Assembly: GCA_015494465.1 (NCBI GenBank)
Contig: WGBD01000002.1
Span: 197,267-261,266 of the forward strand
Source: Candidatus Omnitrophota bacterium
GTDB lineage: Bacteria > Omnitrophota > Gorgyraeia > S143-82
Length of the DNA stretch: 64,000 nucleotides
Reading direction: 5' to 3'
Shown here piece by piece: positions 62,275 to 64,000 of the stretch. Every line of letters begins with the position of its first letter. Positions within the stretch are counted from its first letter, which is position 1. The notes below the pieces were generated by a model. That model ran no database searches. It had not been told where the DNA came from and saw only the letters and a list, made by a program, of their open reading frames with translations. Made by a program: the position numbers and the translations under genes.

Positions 62275-63990
62275 CTATAATGTATAGGTCAGCAATACTC
62301 CCCCTATCTTCTTAGGCTGGCTAATGTTATCTCCATAACCAGTGCTACGAACCAAAACTCGGGATAAGTCCTTTTGCTCAACACCTCCCTCTGCTATACC
62401 CGCTTCCAACAATTCCTTCAAACCTGGCCCCTCTTCTTCAGGAAATACTTCCTCGCCCAAGTACAGCTGGCCTCCTGCGATGTACTGCAGAAGTGCCTTT
62501 ATCTCTTCATCTTCCCTGACTGCAGCTACTATCTCCTTATAGGTCTCTTTAACCGCCTGGCTTTCCTTGGTATCCAAGGCCTCGTCGTCCATTCCCAGCA
62601 TCTCCTCCAAGAGACTCCCTCTCAATCCCATCGCCTCAAAGGCCCTCAAGATAACGCCATCCCCTATTCCCTCTGATTTAAGCCTCATCACGATCTTCCA
62701 CAGCCTCACCAATCCACTCAACTGTACATCTTCCTCCCCAAACACCTGCCTCTGAAGAACCCGCAAGGCATAGTGGACATTTCCCATCTTTGCCTTTTCG
62801 ACCCAATCGTCGTCGATCGCACTCTCATCTATCCGCACCTCCACCAGAACATTCCCATCCTTATCTTTCACGAACACCTTATTTCCATCAATCCCGGAGC
62901 TGATCAACCCTTCCCTAGCCAACCATTCCATCACCTCGTGGAATACCGCAATGGGATCCTGCAACAGGGGTTCGGTTATCAAGATCTCCCCTTCATCTGA
63001 CCTGGCCAACAGTATCCGGTTATCCCTATACCTCGGATCCCGGAAGGTGTAGATCTTAAGATTCATAGAAGATAATTTCTCTTGGGCATAATCTAATAAG
63101 CCACCAAGGGCCTCACTATACTTGTCACCCAATCTGGACAGAGCATCCGATATAACCGAAACATCCACTGTATTCTCTTTAAGGGCTCTTACCTCTGAGC
63201 CATCCAAATCCAAGTCACCGATGTTGGACCTAGGCCTCAAGGTCTCCAAGAAATCTCTTAGCCACAACCGGTACATCTCATCATTGCTCGGGACTCCGAG
63301 CTCTTTTGGGTTATCTAGAACTTCCAAAAGATAGGAGATAAACCTGTACTCTTCTGAATCCGCAGAGATCTTTGCAAGTCTATCCTTTATTGCCACTAAA
63401 CTGTTGCGTGCATTAAAATCCATAGCAGGATGCCTATTGCCGTCCAGCCTTGCCTTCATCAAGGCACGCGAAATGCGATAAAGCTGTCCCGGATCCGACT
63501 CCTTTTCCTCGGAATAAGTCGACATCTTCATCAAGATCCGAGTTACTGCTACTAGTTCCTCATTGGAGAGTTCCTCGTGTGCCTCTAAGAAGGCGGGAAG
63601 CAACAACGTCGGATCCGAACCGATATATCTACCCGCTTCGGCACAGGGTCTGAGTACCTCATTTGCGAGGACCTCCCCAGTATAATTCCTAGCCCAAGTG
63701 TTGTCCTTAGCGTAAAACGCCAACTCGTAAAGGGCCACCGCAAACTCGTACTTATCCTTCGATGGAAATGGTGGAGGCCCTACCTTTTCCATCTCTGCCT
63801 TCGCCCGACGCAAAATTGCCTTCCCAAAGCCCAATTCCGGAGCAACGATCTGCGTTGCAATCAGGTTGATCAGATGAGCCAAAACGCCATCAAAGGCCTT
63901 TATCTCATCGTCCGACCACAGGCCAGGGGAGTAGTTCTTAATGGCATCCAAAAGGGCCTGCCTTATCAGGAGCTCACCAAGGGATTCCAT
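62275..63990 (-). CDS. hypothetical soluble protein (571 aa, helical); may extend beyond the right edge
   Basis: ORF with no recognisable motifs. No in-frame stop lies upstream within the window, so the true start may be beyond 64000. Confidence 0.35.
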   Translation of the reverse strand: MESLGELLIRQALLDAIKNYSPGLWSDDEIKAFDGVLAHLINLIATQIVAPELGFGKAILRRAKAEMEKVGPPPFPSKDKYEFAVALYELAFYAKDNTWARNYTGEVLANEVLRPCAEAGRYIGSDPTLLLPAFLEAHEELSNEELVAVTRILMKMSTYSEEKESDPGQLYRISRALMKARLDGNRHPAMDFNARNSLVAIKDRLAKISADSEEYRFISYLLEVLDNPKELGVPSNDEMYRLWLRDFLETLRPRSNIGDLDLDGSEVRALKENTVDVSVISDALSRLGDKYSEALGGLLDYAQEKLSSMNLKIYTFRDPRYRDNRILLARSDEGEILITEPLLQDPIAVFHEVMEWLAREGLISSGIDGNKVFVKDKDGNVLVEVRIDESAIDDDWVEKAKMGNVHYALRVLQRQVFGEEDVQLSGLVRLWKIVMRLKSEGIGDGVILRAFEAMGLRGSLLEEMLGMDDEALDTKESQAVKETYKEIVAAVREDEEIKALLQYIAGGQLYLGEEVFPEEEGPGLKELLEAGIAEGGVEQKDLSRVLVRSTGYGDNISQPKKIGGVLLTYTL

Positions 63991-64000
63991 TTCGGCACTG

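Overview
The window is 64 kb of densely packed bacterial chromosome, almost entirely coding. About 85% of the genes are on the minus strand. I worked by eye from the sequence and the ORF track, with no searches. The organism looks like a diderm, flagellated bacterium. Evidence for the diderm envelope: Lnt, a BamD-like TPR protein, a secretin, FlgH/FlgI L- and P-ring proteins, and a PEP-CTERM protein. GC is moderate to high and intergenic regions are AT-rich. Main blocks in coordinate order follow. (1) A partial M24 peptidase runs off the left edge and was missed by the ORF track. It is followed by a BamD-like TPR protein, CoaB, a PF04008-like protein and Lnt. (2) A complete type IV filament cluster (type IV pilus or T2SS-like). 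It contains four prepilin-like genes, PilC/GspF, PilB/GspE, a secretin, PilP, PilO, and a PilM-PilN fusion with GspL-like architecture. (3) tRNA-Ser, tadA and dnaE. (4) tRNA-Leu, a stomatin/NfeD pair, tRNA-Ala and tRNA-Arg, then rdgB, rsmE, birA and apbE. (5) A conserved cluster of unknown function: DUF134 HTH protein, Gly/Arg-rich DUF5320-like protein, NifX-like FeMo-cofactor-domain protein and two MinD-type 4Fe-4S ATPases. A perfect 20-bp palindrome sits at its promoter. (6) PolX, an SDR epimerase, a NeuB-type nonulosonic acid synthase, a Ski2-like helicase (only large plus-strand gene, apparently leaderless), and a znuABC-like metal ABC transporter. (7) Flagellar genes: flgB-flgC-fliE; a cytoplasmic histidine kinase plus a sigma-54 activator without HTH (FlgS/FlgR-like); and flgF-G-A-H-I-(rod-binding FlgJ-N)-flgN-flgK-flgL-fliW-csrA. 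Each operon has a textbook sigma-54 -24/-12 promoter. (8) A MerR regulator translationally coupled to a 1046-aa membrane protein with an acidic linker and TPR repeats, a PEP-CTERM protein, and a nitronate-monooxygenase-family enzyme. (9) A stress and metal island: Er-VIT1 iron transporter, membrane-anchored ankyrin-repeat protein, OsmC, and Hsp20 with a CIRCE/HrcA operator and an intrinsic terminator. (10) CCA-adding enzyme, a metallophosphoesterase, a DUF151 nuclease, an alpha-glucan phosphorylase and a hypothetical protein at the right edge. There are five tRNAs in total: Ser-GCU, Leu-CAA, Ala-GGC, Arg-CCG and Ala-CGC. No CRISPR array, rRNA or obvious mobile element was seen. Many long antisense ORFs in the track look like codon-bias artefacts.
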